A program made the position numbers and the translations under genes. Of a stretch of DNA of 64,000 nucleotides, positions 9,269 through 19,051 are shown piece after piece. The stretch lies in the IMG/VR virus record IMGVR_UViG_3300010403_000001, positions 15,712-79,711 of that record; one strand, written 5' to 3'. The DNA is from a virus. Under the pieces are notes generated by a model, which searched no databases, was not told the origin of the DNA, and saw only the letters and a list, made by a program, of their open reading frames with translations. Numbering within the stretch: position 1 is the stretch's first letter; each line of letters opens with the position of its first letter.

Positions 9269-11100
9269 TTACGTGCTGGTTTCTTCTTAGATACGGATTT
9301 CGATTTTGCTCCGGACGGCCGGCTGCCGTTTCCTGGTGCTGCTGGTTTGGGATGTAGGGCTTTGATGATTCCGAGATCTGGTTCTGGGACCATTTGTTCG
9401 GCCATGGCTTCAGGGATTCCGAACACTTTCTTTAATGTATTCTTAGCGCTGTCTGGGTCAAGTTTACCATCACCGACAGCCTTCAAGATATCGACAAGTT
9501 GCTTCACGCCCTTGTCACCGATTGCTTCAATTGTCCCGGGTTTCGGTGGTGGCACTGGTCCTGTGACCATTGCAGCCTTCTGTGTGGTGATGTCCGGATA
9601 CAGCATTCTGGCGAATACCTCCACCGGTACGTCGGTCTCCGCTCCGATCTGAATTGCTTCATTGGCAGTGGTTGCATTGGAAAGGAACACCTCACGTGGG
9701 CTCTTGCCGTATTTCCCGGTTATGTCACTGACTGGAATAAGCCCGGCGCTTACGGCTGCGATATCGGCATCCATCTCATAACCCACATCGGTTTGGATGG
9801 ATAGACCGAAATGCCATTCGCATTTTCTCCAAAGAGGATGCGGAGGAAGGACACCCAGAGCAATGCCTTGAGCGATTACCTTTTGGCGGATACGGTTTAA
9901 CACCTTATGCTCAAGTAGCTGCTGCCAGTATTCGATCCTCCGCAAAGCTTGCTGAACTTCAATACGGGCAGTCACTCCACCCAGGGTTGCTAGATCCCAT
10001 AGGAACCCAAATGGTAAATCCAATGACACTGCCATTTTACGAATCAGGATTTGGACAAACTCCATGAATGCACCACTGGGACGAGCAGGCGGAGCAAGCA
10101 TGTTGAAGACTTCGCCTTCTGCCATCCTCATGATCTTTCCCCATTCGGCCGGTTGGGTTGGTGTTCCATCTGCAGTCTTGTCCTTCCAAGCAGTAGCACC
10201 TTGGTTAGCAAATGGATCTTTGATCCCAATCAGTGCGGCCCATTGACTCTGGGTTTTGCCGGCAATCTTTTCCGATTCAATCCATTCCCTGATGTCCCTT
10301 GCGTCATTTAGTAAGCGGAGTAGTTTGGTTCGTCCGCGATATTCATCAGGGCGTTCAGGATCATGAAGGTGGATAAATGAACCAAACTCAATCTCTTGAG
10401 GCTTCAAGTACTGATTCGTTCGAGTTCTTTGAAAAATTCTATAGAACTGAATTCGACCGGTTTCTGGATCGAGCCCTACGCCTCCCACGTAATTCTCCTG
10501 AACGAGCTGCTCTAACGGTGATCCTATGCGATCTGCTTCAACAGCTTGTACACAAAACTCGCCAGTTGGAGAAAGCTCAGGAGCAATTTCAATCCAGCCA
10601 TGATCCCCATCAATCAGGAAGCCCATAAATCCCATCTGGACCATCTTGAGCCATCGGCTGCGACCACTGAGATCGCAACGAACTGAACCATCGTCATTGG
10701 GTTCATCTCCGCACCATCCGTGATAGAATGAATCGTATGCGTCGTCTATTTGCTCATCTCCAGTAAGAGATCGTGAATGGATCTTACCGCATACATACAG
10801 GGCGATCCTGGCCATCATTCCGCCAATGAATTCGAACTTTACCAGATCCCTGGCATCCCACATCGCTTTGAGACGGTCGCGGTTACTGCGCCAGGTTTCA
10901 GCAGATGCCTGAGCGAATAAACCGCCACTACCGCTTCGGCGTTCAGGGTTATCGTTGTATCCGTATGAGAATTGATGCTCGATCGTTCGAGCTTTCATCC
11001 GGACCAGTTTCTGGACTGGATCAAAGAATCCAATGACCTTGTCCCAGGCAGTAAGGCGTTGATCTGGCCTTTTGCCGTCCTCTAATTTCTTCAGATCCAT
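9265..11100 (-). CDS. Phage portal protein, lambda gpB family
   Basis: ARDLV, VEADRI, GGV.LD..GR..FY, FIHLHDP.RP.EYRG motifs; follows a gpW-like gene. Confidence 0.9.
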   Translation of the reverse strand: MDLKKLEDGKRPDQRLTAWDKVIGFFDPVQKLVRMKARTIEHQFSYGYNDNPERRSGSGGLFAQASAETWRSNRDRLKAMWDARDLVKFEFIGGMMARIALYVCGKIHSRSLTGDEQIDDAYDSFYHGWCGDEPNDDGSVRCDLSGRSRWLKMVQMGFMGFLIDGDHGWIEIAPELSPTGEFCVQAVEADRIGSPLEQLVQENYVGGVGLDPETGRIQFYRIFQRTRTNQYLKPQEIEFGSFIHLHDPERPDEYRGRTKLLRLLNDARDIREWIESEKIAGKTQSQWAALIGIKDPFANQGATAWKDKTADGTPTQPAEWGKIMRMAEGEVFNMLAPPARPSGAFMEFVQILIRKMAVSLDLPFGFLWDLATLGGVTARIEVQQALRRIEYWQQLLEHKVLNRIRQKVIAQGIALGVLPPHPLWRKCEWHFGLSIQTDVGYEMDADIAAVSAGLIPVSDITGKYGKSPREVFLSNATTANEAIQIGAETDVPVEVFARMLYPDITTQKAAMVTGPVPPPKPGTIEAIGDKGVKQLVDILKAVGDGKLDPDSAKNTLKKVFGIPEAMAEQMVPEPDLGIIKALHPKPAAPGNGSRPSGAKSKSVSKKKPARK

Positions 11101-11396
11101 TAGTAGGTCAGCTGGTCAGTAGTTCCTGCAGGTTGCCCTTGCTGAATACCTGCACCCTGACTAAAGTCAGTCAAAATTGTTCCCTCGTATGGAGTAGTGC
11201 GTTCATTGAGAACAAATACTACAGCGCTTAATTGCGAGGAAAGCTCCCGCAGATCGCGGGTGTATGATTTTCCGCCAACCGTCTGGCTGGTGAATGTTCC
11301 GAGCGCAAGAATAGATGCCTTGAGCTTATCACGCAAAGCTTGCAATTCTTCCGTCGTGTAGCTACGAAAGACAAGAAGCCAATTACCATCCGCCAT
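11100..11396 (-). CDS. Head-tail joining protein, gpW-like
   Basis: TTEELQAL...SQTVGGKSYTRDLREL; immediately upstream of the portal. Confidence 0.7.
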   Translation of the reverse strand: MADGNWLLVFRSYTTEELQALRDKLKASILALGTFTSQTVGGKSYTRDLRELSSQLSAVVFVLNERTTPYEGTILTDFSQGAGIQQGQPAGTTDQLTY

Positions 11397-11607
11397 TTAA
11401 ATTTACCAAAATGTCAACGAAACAGAAAGGATACCAACCATGAAGATAAAGCAGTTCTGGGCGAAGATTCGGTCAGTGCTGCGCAGAAAGCAGAAGAAGG
11501 AGCGAATCGGTATGAGATTTCCTCTCGATCGATTCCTCAAACTGAAAACAGACAGAGAAACCAGACAGAGAAAGTGAATAAACAAACCAACTGAAAGGAA
11601 ATACACA

Positions 11608-12414
11608 ATGTTAAAATGCGCATATTGCATCGTAACAGCAAAAAATGAGGCCGGATTGTCCGCTCACGTAAGGAGAGTTCATCCTGGCCGATGGAGAAAA
11701 ACCCTGAAGGATTCATTACCTCCGGGGTTCAACATGGGAACCCCAGAACGTATAGTCCCGGCAGTAGCCAAAAGGGGACACAAGAAACAACCAATCAAGT
11801 CGGATTGTCCGTGGTGTAAATTCACCTCGACTCATCCGCCGGCATTAGCCAGGCATATTAAGGGCGAACATTTCCAAAGATGGAAAGGTACGCTCCGTGC
11901 AAGTCTGGGGCATAAAGTCACAGAGGATGATAAAGCTGCAGAGATCAAACGTGCCAAACAAAGGGTGTATAACGCCAATATGAGAGCACGGTATGTCGCG
12001 CAGGGGTTAACTGCAACCGGTAAACCACGAAAGCGTGCTCGCAAAAAGGCGTATGTCCCCAAACAACCCGATGTCTCTGAGAGAATTCCCGTAAGGGAAC
12101 TTCCATTGAAATGCCCTATATGCAAACAGTCTTACTCGACCAGGTCGATCCTTGGACAACATACCAGGGGCATACATCACATGTCATTATTCGACCTGCC
12201 ACCGTATAAACCACTTCCCGGTAAGGTTAGTGCCGAGCAGGTCGAGTCGCAATTCGATCGTGGTGAAGAAGTTCTTCATCACTTCGACGTAGAGAAAGCC
12301 GAAGTAGAGTGGCCAGATGATAAAGTGGTTATTACCATCCAGAATGGCACGACCACACTGGCCGGCAAAAACATGGCAGCCATAAGGGAGGCCATGGAAA
12401 AACTGGAGAAATAA
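11608..12414 (+). CDS. Protein with three C2H2-type zinc fingers
   Basis: CAYC-x12-HVRRVH, CPWC-x12-HIKGEH, CPIC-x12-HTRGIH. Confidence 0.75.
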   Translation: MLKCAYCIVTAKNEAGLSAHVRRVHPGRWRKTLKDSLPPGFNMGTPERIVPAVAKRGHKKQPIKSDCPWCKFTSTHPPALARHIKGEHFQRWKGTLRASLGHKVTEDDKAAEIKRAKQRVYNANMRARYVAQGLTATGKPRKRARKKAYVPKQPDVSERIPVRELPLKCPICKQSYSTRSILGQHTRGIHHMSLFDLPPYKPLPGKVSAEQVESQFDRGEEVLHHFDVEKAEVEWPDDKVVITIQNGTTTLAGKNMAAIREAMEKLEK

Positions 12415-12415
12415 A

Positions 12416-12910
12416 ATGGCAAAAAGAAAAAAGTACAAAAGAAAAGCAGGAGGTAGCGCACTCAATGGTCTTCAGGAAGTCTTCCCGAAGGTAATGGAAA
12501 TCGTCGATGCTGACGAACCATTACTTACGGAAGTGACTAACGGGGACGTACGACGGGGAGAGCAAAAAGATCATCGCATCTGCCCGTTGGCCGTTTCGTG
12601 TAAGAGGACCACCCATGCAGATGGCATATGGATTGGCCTATCACGGGCCTACGTCATTAATGGTTCCACTGCTACGAGATACAGGATTACACAAGGGACA
12701 AGGGGTGAAATCGTATCCTTCGATAAGGGAGCCAGGTTTGAGGTGGGATTCTATATGCTGAGTGTGCCAAATAAGGCGTCCGGTCGTGGTGGTAGGATAC
12801 CTGAAACCCGTACCGGTCCCAAGAAGAAAGCCCACAGGCAGTTCAGACACTGGACAACAGGAGTACGAACCGTCTTAGGAAAATACATCCCGCCTCAAGT
12901 ATTCAAATGA
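12416..12910 (+). CDS. Hypothetical protein (CxxA paralog family)
   Basis: EVTNGDVRRG...ICPLAVSCKR resembles 8526, 21614, 21931, 22282. Confidence 0.65.
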   Translation: MAKRKKYKRKAGGSALNGLQEVFPKVMEIVDADEPLLTEVTNGDVRRGEQKDHRICPLAVSCKRTTHADGIWIGLSRAYVINGSTATRYRITQGTRGEIVSFDKGARFEVGFYMLSVPNKASGRGGRIPETRTGPKKKAHRQFRHWTTGVRTVLGKYIPPQVFK

Positions 12911-13248
12911 CGTTCGCGGTTCAACTCACCATGTTCCAGCATGGTGTAGTCCGCTTGGTCACAGTCCCAGACTATGAACTGAACGGCGTATTGAGCCATG
13001 ACCTGGAAAAAATCTTCTACTACGGTCAAAATATTGTGCAGCCTAATGATAAACGGGTTTCGGTTAGCATGGGCGACATTATTTGGAAAGACGGTAGGAG
13101 ATTTCTGATCATGGCTGAAGGATTCGAGGAGATGGGTCCCAAGGACAAGTTACCTGGGACCTTCCCATCTCTTTTACGAAAAGTATTAACAATTAAACCA
13201 TCTTACAATGAGAAAAACCAAACGCAGGAAACAACCCATAGTAGCTAA
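12907..13248 (+). CDS. Hypothetical protein, YodL-like
   Basis: LEKIFYYGQN...SVSMGDII motif; ATGA overlap. Confidence 0.55.
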   Translation: MTFAVQLTMFQHGVVRLVTVPDYELNGVLSHDLEKIFYYGQNIVQPNDKRVSVSMGDIIWKDGRRFLIMAEGFEEMGPKDKLPGTFPSLLRKVLTIKPSYNEKNQTQETTHSS

Positions 13249-13267
13249 AATAAAAAGGAAACCAAAA

Positions 13268-14776
13268 ATGAGTGAAGAAACAGAGACAAAAGACAAGAAG
13301 CTCAAAGAGCCCGAATTCGTCGTCATGCGCGACGGCAAACTATTACTGAAAGCCTCTGGCTGGAAGAAAACCCACGAAGGCTTAACCAACGCAGAGCAGC
13401 AGGAAGAAACCATAGTGGGTCTTCAGTATGATTTCACTGGCTATCCACTGGATGCGTATGTGGCTATCAACAGAGCCCTGGATGAAATCTTCGGTTACAC
13501 CGAGGCGCTCAGAGAGGGATTCTGGGGAGAGAGACCACCGACTCGGATCAGTGTTAAGACTGGTCTCAAGACCGAGATGCAGGTGTATGCCGGGAAACTG
13601 GCACCGCCGGCATGGGAAGGGGGATACATCCAGATGATCGTTAAATCCGATAACCCGATGTCTCTTCTGTTGTATGGACAACTCAAGCGTAAGTTTGAGC
13701 CGTCCATCAATAAGGTAGTGGATCGAGCCAAAGAGCTTATACAGACAGAGAGCATCTATCGCGGAAGGGCGGTAGAACTTGATTTGTCTTATACTCTTCT
13801 GATGAGAGCGGGGGTGGTCCAATTCGATCCTGTAAAACATGCTCCCAAGTTCATCGATGTGAGCAAGCCACCATTACTTATCTTGCCCAGAGATGTACAG
13901 AACCGGATCGATATGCATATCTGGGCTCCGATCCGGAATCCGGATGACTTCCGTGTAAATAGGATCGCAGTGAAAGGGGGATCAGTGCTTAGCGGCCCGC
14001 CAGGGACAGGTAAAACCCTCACGGCGTTGCATACTGGCACTATAGCAGTGCAATCAGGCTGGAGTTACTTCAAACTGTTAACTCCAGATTTCTTCGTGCA
14101 GGCTTACGAGCTGGCTCAGTTCTATGCTCCGTCGGTTCTGGTTGTGGAAGACGTGGAGAAAATCTTCGGTGGCCCTAGGACTCCGGAGATGGACATGATC
14201 CTGGATAGATTGGATGGCATCGCCAGCAAGGGTTCCGAGGTGTTCACAATGTGCACAACTAACTATCCGGAGCAGATCAATCAGGCGGTTCGCAGGTCAG
14301 GCCGAATCGGGCACCACATCCAGTTCAGAGCGATGGATGGAGAAGCTGCCGGTCGATTCATTAACACCATCGCCGGGGACTTCCTGCATCCGGATGTGGA
14401 TCTGGAGCAGGTTGGCCCATCATTCGACGGTTTAGTGGCATCAGATGTCACTGAAGGTGTCAGCCATGCCAAGAAAATAGCGATCGCTGCATGCGGAAGG
14501 GAGATCAAGAAGAAGGTCACCGCCCAAATGCTGATCGATGGCGGAGAGATAGTGCGACGAGATAAAGGGCTGTACGCTGGCCCGAAAATCACCCAGTCAG
14601 AGCTCAACCTTCGTATTGTCCAGGCTGCATTCCATGTCCAGATGGGTCGTGAAATCCCAGTGGAACTCTGGCAGGCCGCTGCAGAATACGCTCGCACAGG
14701 AGAGAATCAGCCCGGGAAAGAGAAGCCGGCAAAAGGTCAGGAGGTTGAGGCTCTCACCGAGGGCAGCGAGGAGTAA
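13268..14776 (+). CDS. AAA+ ATPase
   Basis: Walker A GPPGTGKT, Walker B VLVVEDVE, TTNYPE..AVRRSGR. Confidence 0.9.
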   Translation: MSEETETKDKKLKEPEFVVMRDGKLLLKASGWKKTHEGLTNAEQQEETIVGLQYDFTGYPLDAYVAINRALDEIFGYTEALREGFWGERPPTRISVKTGLKTEMQVYAGKLAPPAWEGGYIQMIVKSDNPMSLLLYGQLKRKFEPSINKVVDRAKELIQTESIYRGRAVELDLSYTLLMRAGVVQFDPVKHAPKFIDVSKPPLLILPRDVQNRIDMHIWAPIRNPDDFRVNRIAVKGGSVLSGPPGTGKTLTALHTGTIAVQSGWSYFKLLTPDFFVQAYELAQFYAPSVLVVEDVEKIFGGPRTPEMDMILDRLDGIASKGSEVFTMCTTNYPEQINQAVRRSGRIGHHIQFRAMDGEAAGRFINTIAGDFLHPDVDLEQVGPSFDGLVASDVTEGVSHAKKIAIAACGREIKKKVTAQMLIDGGEIVRRDKGLYAGPKITQSELNLRIVQAAFHVQMGREIPVELWQAAAEYARTGENQPGKEKPAKGQEVEALTEGSEE

Positions 14777-14833
14777 GGCTGGTTGATATCATGGGCAATC
14801 AAGGGCAGATTGCCTACACTGAAAGGGTAAACT

Positions 14834-15337
14834 ATGAAGCATGAAGTAAAGCTAAATGTCAGCGGTGACAGAGCGATCGCTTTCATGGGAGAGGATATTA
14901 TCAATGACACCACAAAAGACACCAATAAAGCCACCGGCACACGTTGGCATAGACTTCAGGTCTATATAACAGATGTTATTGATCCGGTTACCAGAAAGGT
15001 CATCACACCAGATGGTCTTTACATGATTGGGGTTGGATTCATCACCTGCTGGAAGAAAACAGAACGAGACAAGTATTGGGTAGAAGAAGTTTCCAGGGGA
15101 ACGGTAGCAGCTGATAATGCACGTGAAGTAGTACAGGCATTCCAGAAACATATTCCACCGGGACCTGAACCATCTGATACACCAGAAGAAGCAAAAGCGA
15201 AACAGGAAGTTATAGACGCGTACCTTGATCTGGTTACTTGGATAGGAAACGAACTTCAAACAGACGCAAGGGAAAAGCAAAATGAACCTCCGGGTGAATG
15301 GTCACCTGGAAACAAGACCAGTCTGCGCCCTGCCTAA
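14834..15337 (+). CDS. Hypothetical protein
   Basis: 167-aa ORF with AAGGG upstream. Confidence 0.65.
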   Translation: MKHEVKLNVSGDRAIAFMGEDIINDTTKDTNKATGTRWHRLQVYITDVIDPVTRKVITPDGLYMIGVGFITCWKKTERDKYWVEEVSRGTVAADNAREVVQAFQKHIPPGPEPSDTPEEAKAKQEVIDAYLDLVTWIGNELQTDAREKQNEPPGEWSPGNKTSLRPA

Positions 15338-15659
15338 TACTGGGTTTCTTAACTTACGCTCCATGCAGTGATCTTAGTATTGCTGCATGGAGCGTATTCA
15401 TCTTTGGAGGACATTTATTATGGAAAACGAGGACGCCGGGGCCAAACCCGGTAAACACATCCCACCGAAAAAACCAGGTGGTCAGATTGTAAGGATAAAA
15501 CGCATGGTAAAGAAACAACCCAAACGAAAGGAAAATAATGGCAATGGTGAAGTAATCATACAGCTACTTTCCGCCATTGCCCCGTTAGTCTTCAACTTGG
15601 TTCACAAGTTCATACAAATGAGACAGAAAAAACAACATAAGCGGAAGGGAAAATAAAAA

Positions 15660-16232
15660 ATGAATACAATGCAATTAGTCGAAAAGATACCGATCGATCA
15701 GACGGCTCGTGCAACTCCGCAGGTTAAAAAATACCTACTGGATAGGGTGCGCGAGATCCGTAACAACCGAAACACGATTGAACAGGAAGCCAGACGACAG
15801 AAAAAGGACGAGATCCTCGACGCTTACAAAAAGAGCGTGGGGTATGACAAAATCGAATCCAGGCTGAAGAAGATACGGGCCGAGGAAGAGGAATTGAAAA
15901 TTAAATCCCTGGAGCTTGGGATGAACCCATCTACTGGATGTCTCCTTGATATCTATGAGTCCAATGACAGGGTCTATGTCGACGGCAAATGGATCAAGGT
16001 CACTACCGAAATGAGAGAAAAGATCACACGGGTAGTTGAACTATTGAAGGCAGTAGAGAAATCGGTGGGCACATTCTCTCCAATGGACATCCTGGAAACA
16101 CGGATGATGCTGGCATCAACAGTCGGTGAGGCGATGGCCATAGTCAATGCCGTCGCGGATAAAGACGTGTTCAAGATCGACCTTGGGCAATTACAGCTGG
16201 AAGACAAACAAGGCGATAAAAATAAGAAATGA
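15660..16232 (+). CDS. Hypothetical coiled-coil protein
   Basis: 190-aa ORF; 3' end overlaps the convergent GT9 gene by 42 nt. Confidence 0.65.
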   Translation: MNTMQLVEKIPIDQTARATPQVKKYLLDRVREIRNNRNTIEQEARRQKKDEILDAYKKSVGYDKIESRLKKIRAEEEELKIKSLELGMNPSTGCLLDIYESNDRVYVDGKWIKVTTEMREKITRVVELLKAVEKSVGTFSPMDILETRMMLASTVGEAMAIVNAVADKDVFKIDLGQLQLEDKQGDKNKK

Positions 16233-17309
16233 CATTACGCGGTTAACAATATCATCCACCGGTATGGAATCCAGTGCTACGCATTTTAGTGCCTTGGCGC
16301 ATGGCATCCCTGCCGGAAAATGATTTGGATGATCAGCATGAAAGAAACATGGCGCACAAGCAGCAACGCCGTCAAAAGCGTAAGCCAGAGAAGTGGTCAG
16401 TCGTAGTCGAGAAGGAAAAGGCCCATATAAGCCGATACAGGGAACATTCAAAGCAGAACACAGGTGAACCAAAGCGGAATCCGGCGAAACGCAAACATCG
16501 CACGTTGAAACTAGTGCGGCGGATTGACGGAAACTTAATTTATGACCCATCAAGTTTATGAGATTTGGGACCTCTTGTGTTAGTTCGATTTGACCAGGTT
16601 GGCCAATCAGGAACACCTGCGCTTTCTTGGCTAATGCCAACATTACCGCATCTGTCTTTGGATACGATCGGTATAATCCTGAAGCCAGGAACTGGATACC
16701 AACCCTTGGTAGATCCGTCAGTGGATATGTATCCCAAGCCCATTCCTTCTCTTCTGGCGTGACCCGATAATCGGGTTTTAAGTCTGTGAGGGTGATCCCG
16801 GCCCGGTGAGCAAACAACTGAGGCATACTCAGTTCTCGTGCTCTGGGATCACCCTCGACAGTGTCCTCAAATGCAATCAGGCTGTCGATCCTGGTCTGTT
16901 TATCATAAGGGATCGGCATCTTCTCAACAATTACCCCCAGACCATCAAACACATCATCATACTGCTCTCCGCAAGAGACATGAATCCAGATCTCGGGCCA
17001 GCGTTTCTTGAGCTCGCGGATGAGCGGTGTGAGCATGAGTAAATCACCAAACCCACCACCTCGCATCAGCCAGACATCCTTATTGTTCCAATCTTCAGAT
17101 GGATCGAATTCATCAAACTCTATCGAATAGCTTTTAAGAAGCATCCGTAAAGCCCAGGTCTTGCCATCTATCTGAACTGGACAACGAGAGAGCAGCATCT
17201 GGCCAGTGAAAGCGTTGGTAGTGATGTATTCCTTTCCTGGCTCCAGTGATCGGCCGTTTAGTACAGGAACGGGAGCATCCAGGCCTTCAGGAATTTGTAG
17301 AATCTGCAC
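16191..17309 (-). CDS. Glycosyltransferase family 9 (heptosyltransferase-like, GT-B)
   Basis: RGGGFGDLLMLTP and VSPDSALVHL...P.IGLYGP motifs. Confidence 0.85.
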   Translation of the reverse strand: MQILQIPEGLDAPVPVLNGRSLEPGKEYITTNAFTGQMLLSRCPVQIDGKTWALRMLLKSYSIEFDEFDPSEDWNNKDVWLMRGGGFGDLLMLTPLIRELKKRWPEIWIHVSCGEQYDDVFDGLGVIVEKMPIPYDKQTRIDSLIAFEDTVEGDPRARELSMPQLFAHRAGITLTDLKPDYRVTPEEKEWAWDTYPLTDLPRVGIQFLASGLYRSYPKTDAVMLALAKKAQVFLIGQPGQIELTQEVPNLINLMGHKLSFRQSAALVSTCDVCVSPDSALVHLCSALNVPCIGLYGPFPSRLRLTTSLAYAFDGVAACAPCFFHADHPNHFPAGMPCAKALKCVALDSIPVDDIVNRVMSFLIFIALFVFQL

Positions 17310-17862
17310 GTGAGTAAAGATGCGTCTCGGTAGTCGGTCCTGTTGAAAACCTCAGCTTGTAATTGTGATCTTTAAGCCAGTTGAGGATTTCATCTTTGTA
17401 TGGGTTGCCTTCCCAGATCTCGATGGTCAATAATTCCGGAACACTACGCATCTTGGAAAGAACGGCCCATTCCATACCTTCGCAATCCAGCGCCAGGACA
17501 TCGATTTCCCCATCGTCGACTTCATCAAAGGTAACCACTGGAACTGTATACCTGGCCATTGGAATTCTGTCCCTGGTTGGAGCCCAGGTTCCCTCAAGAT
17601 ACGATGAGCCATTGTTATCCAGTAGGACCTGGCTTCCTTTTGTGAAGTCTATCGCATAAGGAAGGATAGGGACATTAAACTGAGAATTGGCAGTAGCAGC
17701 CAGTTTAGGATGCGGCTCTATCAGAAGCATATGCCGGCATTTACCAATAAAGCCCCCAGCTACACTAATTTCCAATGGACCTACCGCGCATTCACAGAAT
17801 GTCCTGCACGGGAGTAATCCCATTCGGTCAGCAATCCATGATAAATCGATTTTCCAAATCAT
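17287..17862 (-). CDS. FkbM-family SAM methyltransferase
   Basis: LIEPHP; IDVLALDCEGMEWAVL. Confidence 0.75.
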   Translation of the reverse strand: MIWKIDLSWIADRMGLLPCRTFCECAVGPLEISVAGGFIGKCRHMLLIEPHPKLAATANSQFNVPILPYAIDFTKGSQVLLDNNGSSYLEGTWAPTRDRIPMARYTVPVVTFDEVDDGEIDVLALDCEGMEWAVLSKMRSVPELLTIEIWEGNPYKDEILNWLKDHNYKLRFSTGPTTETHLYSRADSTNS

Positions 17863-18176
17863 GTGAATTTTCCATGCTTTTGAATCATATTGTCCAGCAT
17901 TGATTGCAATTCGGGATGGAACGCATACCCGAATCTGTCCGGACCCACGTCATAACAGGACAACTTTCCATTTCGATGCTCTGCTGGTACGAATTGGATG
18001 AATTCTTTCTGCAATATTACGATTGCGTCGGCCCATCCACATAGCATGCTAATCGTGTCCGGGGTATTAGATTGAACGCCGCAGGCCAATGCCTCGTGAT
18101 TATATTTGTAGGTCAGTATGTATTTCAATCCAACTGATCTCACCTGCCCTCCCTGGCAGATTGTTAATACCTTCAT
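17859..18176 (-). CDS. Low-molecular-weight phosphotyrosine phosphatase-like protein
   Basis: N-terminal CQGGQVRS (Cx5RS) and WADAIVIL. Confidence 0.75.
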   Translation of the reverse strand: MKVLTICQGGQVRSVGLKYILTYKYNHEALACGVQSNTPDTISMLCGWADAIVILQKEFIQFVPAEHRNGKLSCYDVGPDRFGYAFHPELQSMLDNMIQKHGKFT

Positions 18177-18535
18177 AGATAGGTAATTTCTACCAGTGTT
18201 TTCTCTTCGTTGAAGTGATCGACGTGCCGTTGCCTTACTTCAAACTCAATGGAGTAAGGGTCGTCATCAGGAATCAGACGCAAATGCTTTATTGCGTCGA
18301 GGAGGGCTTTTGAACCACCTCCAAGGTTGTCCGCGTCACGGGGTCTAACCGTGAAGGCTGTAAAGCACACATGAGCGCGTTCGTAGCCTTTCGCTTTTCC
18401 TTGTAGTGCCTTATCCAGTGGCGTCCCACGAACTCGTTCAGACTCGGGATTTTGTAATCCAGTGTAAGGGTTACTTTCAAGGAAGCTTTTGCTGGCACGG
18501 GGGAATAGCTTCTTTAATTCCTGTGGATCAGCCAT
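18173..18535 (-). CDS. rusA: RusA-like Holliday junction resolvase (catalytic portion)
   Basis: RDADNL..GSKALLDAI...IPDDD...TLVEI. Confidence 0.7.
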   Translation of the reverse strand: MADPQELKKLFPRASKSFLESNPYTGLQNPESERVRGTPLDKALQGKAKGYERAHVCFTAFTVRPRDADNLGGGSKALLDAIKHLRLIPDDDPYSIEFEVRQRHVDHFNEEKTLVEITYL

Positions 18536-18765
18536 GCTGCAGATGCCCTTGCTTGCTTAGCAAACTCGGTAGGATGATTGCACAACAAGAATAACCCATG
18601 ATCCAGATCATCATCTGAATATTCATCGTTCATGTGATTTTTCATTCCGATTTCGCTTAATGTTTGTTTTGATTGTTCCCCATACTGGGCTACCGCCTGC
18701 CTCTTGCTGGGTATTACACCATCCCTTGCGGCAGATAACATACTAAGTGCTTCCCACATCTTCAT
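18514..18765 (-). CDS. Hypothetical protein
   Basis: Fills the operon between the SWIM and RusA genes. Confidence 0.5.
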   Translation of the reverse strand: MKMWEALSMLSAARDGVIPSKRQAVAQYGEQSKQTLSEIGMKNHMNDEYSDDDLDHGLFLLCNHPTEFAKQARASAAWLIHRN

Positions 18766-19051
18766 TGGTTTGATAGTATCCTATGATTTGGTCGAGTACA
18801 TGGTTTCTGACTGCTCTGATATGTCGGCATCGAAAGTGATCGTAATTTGCCTTAACTTTTTTCCAGTCCGGGTAACGTCGGAAGGTAAAATCCTCACAGT
18901 TGCAATTTCCAAGCCCTTTATTTGCAACGAGGTCAATTGAGTAATGAATGGCCGGGCGGCTCCTGGACTGGCACATATAATGACCTCTCCCGACTCTTGT
19001 AATCTTATGGCCACAAAGTGTTCTTTCTTTTACGTCAGGCGTAGTTTGCCT
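18743..19051 (-). CDS. SWIM zinc-finger protein (start uncertain)
   Basis: CNCEDF...CRHI. Confidence 0.65.
   Translation of the reverse strand, partial: RQTTPDVKERTLCGHKITRVGRGHYMCQSRSRPAIHYSIDLVANKGLGNCNCEDFTFRRYPDWKKVKANYDHFRCRHIRAVRNHVLDQIIGYYQTNEDVGST

Noticed and set aside
9038-9652. 204-aa plus-strand ORF
   Set aside because: Antisense to the portal C-terminus; shadow ORF
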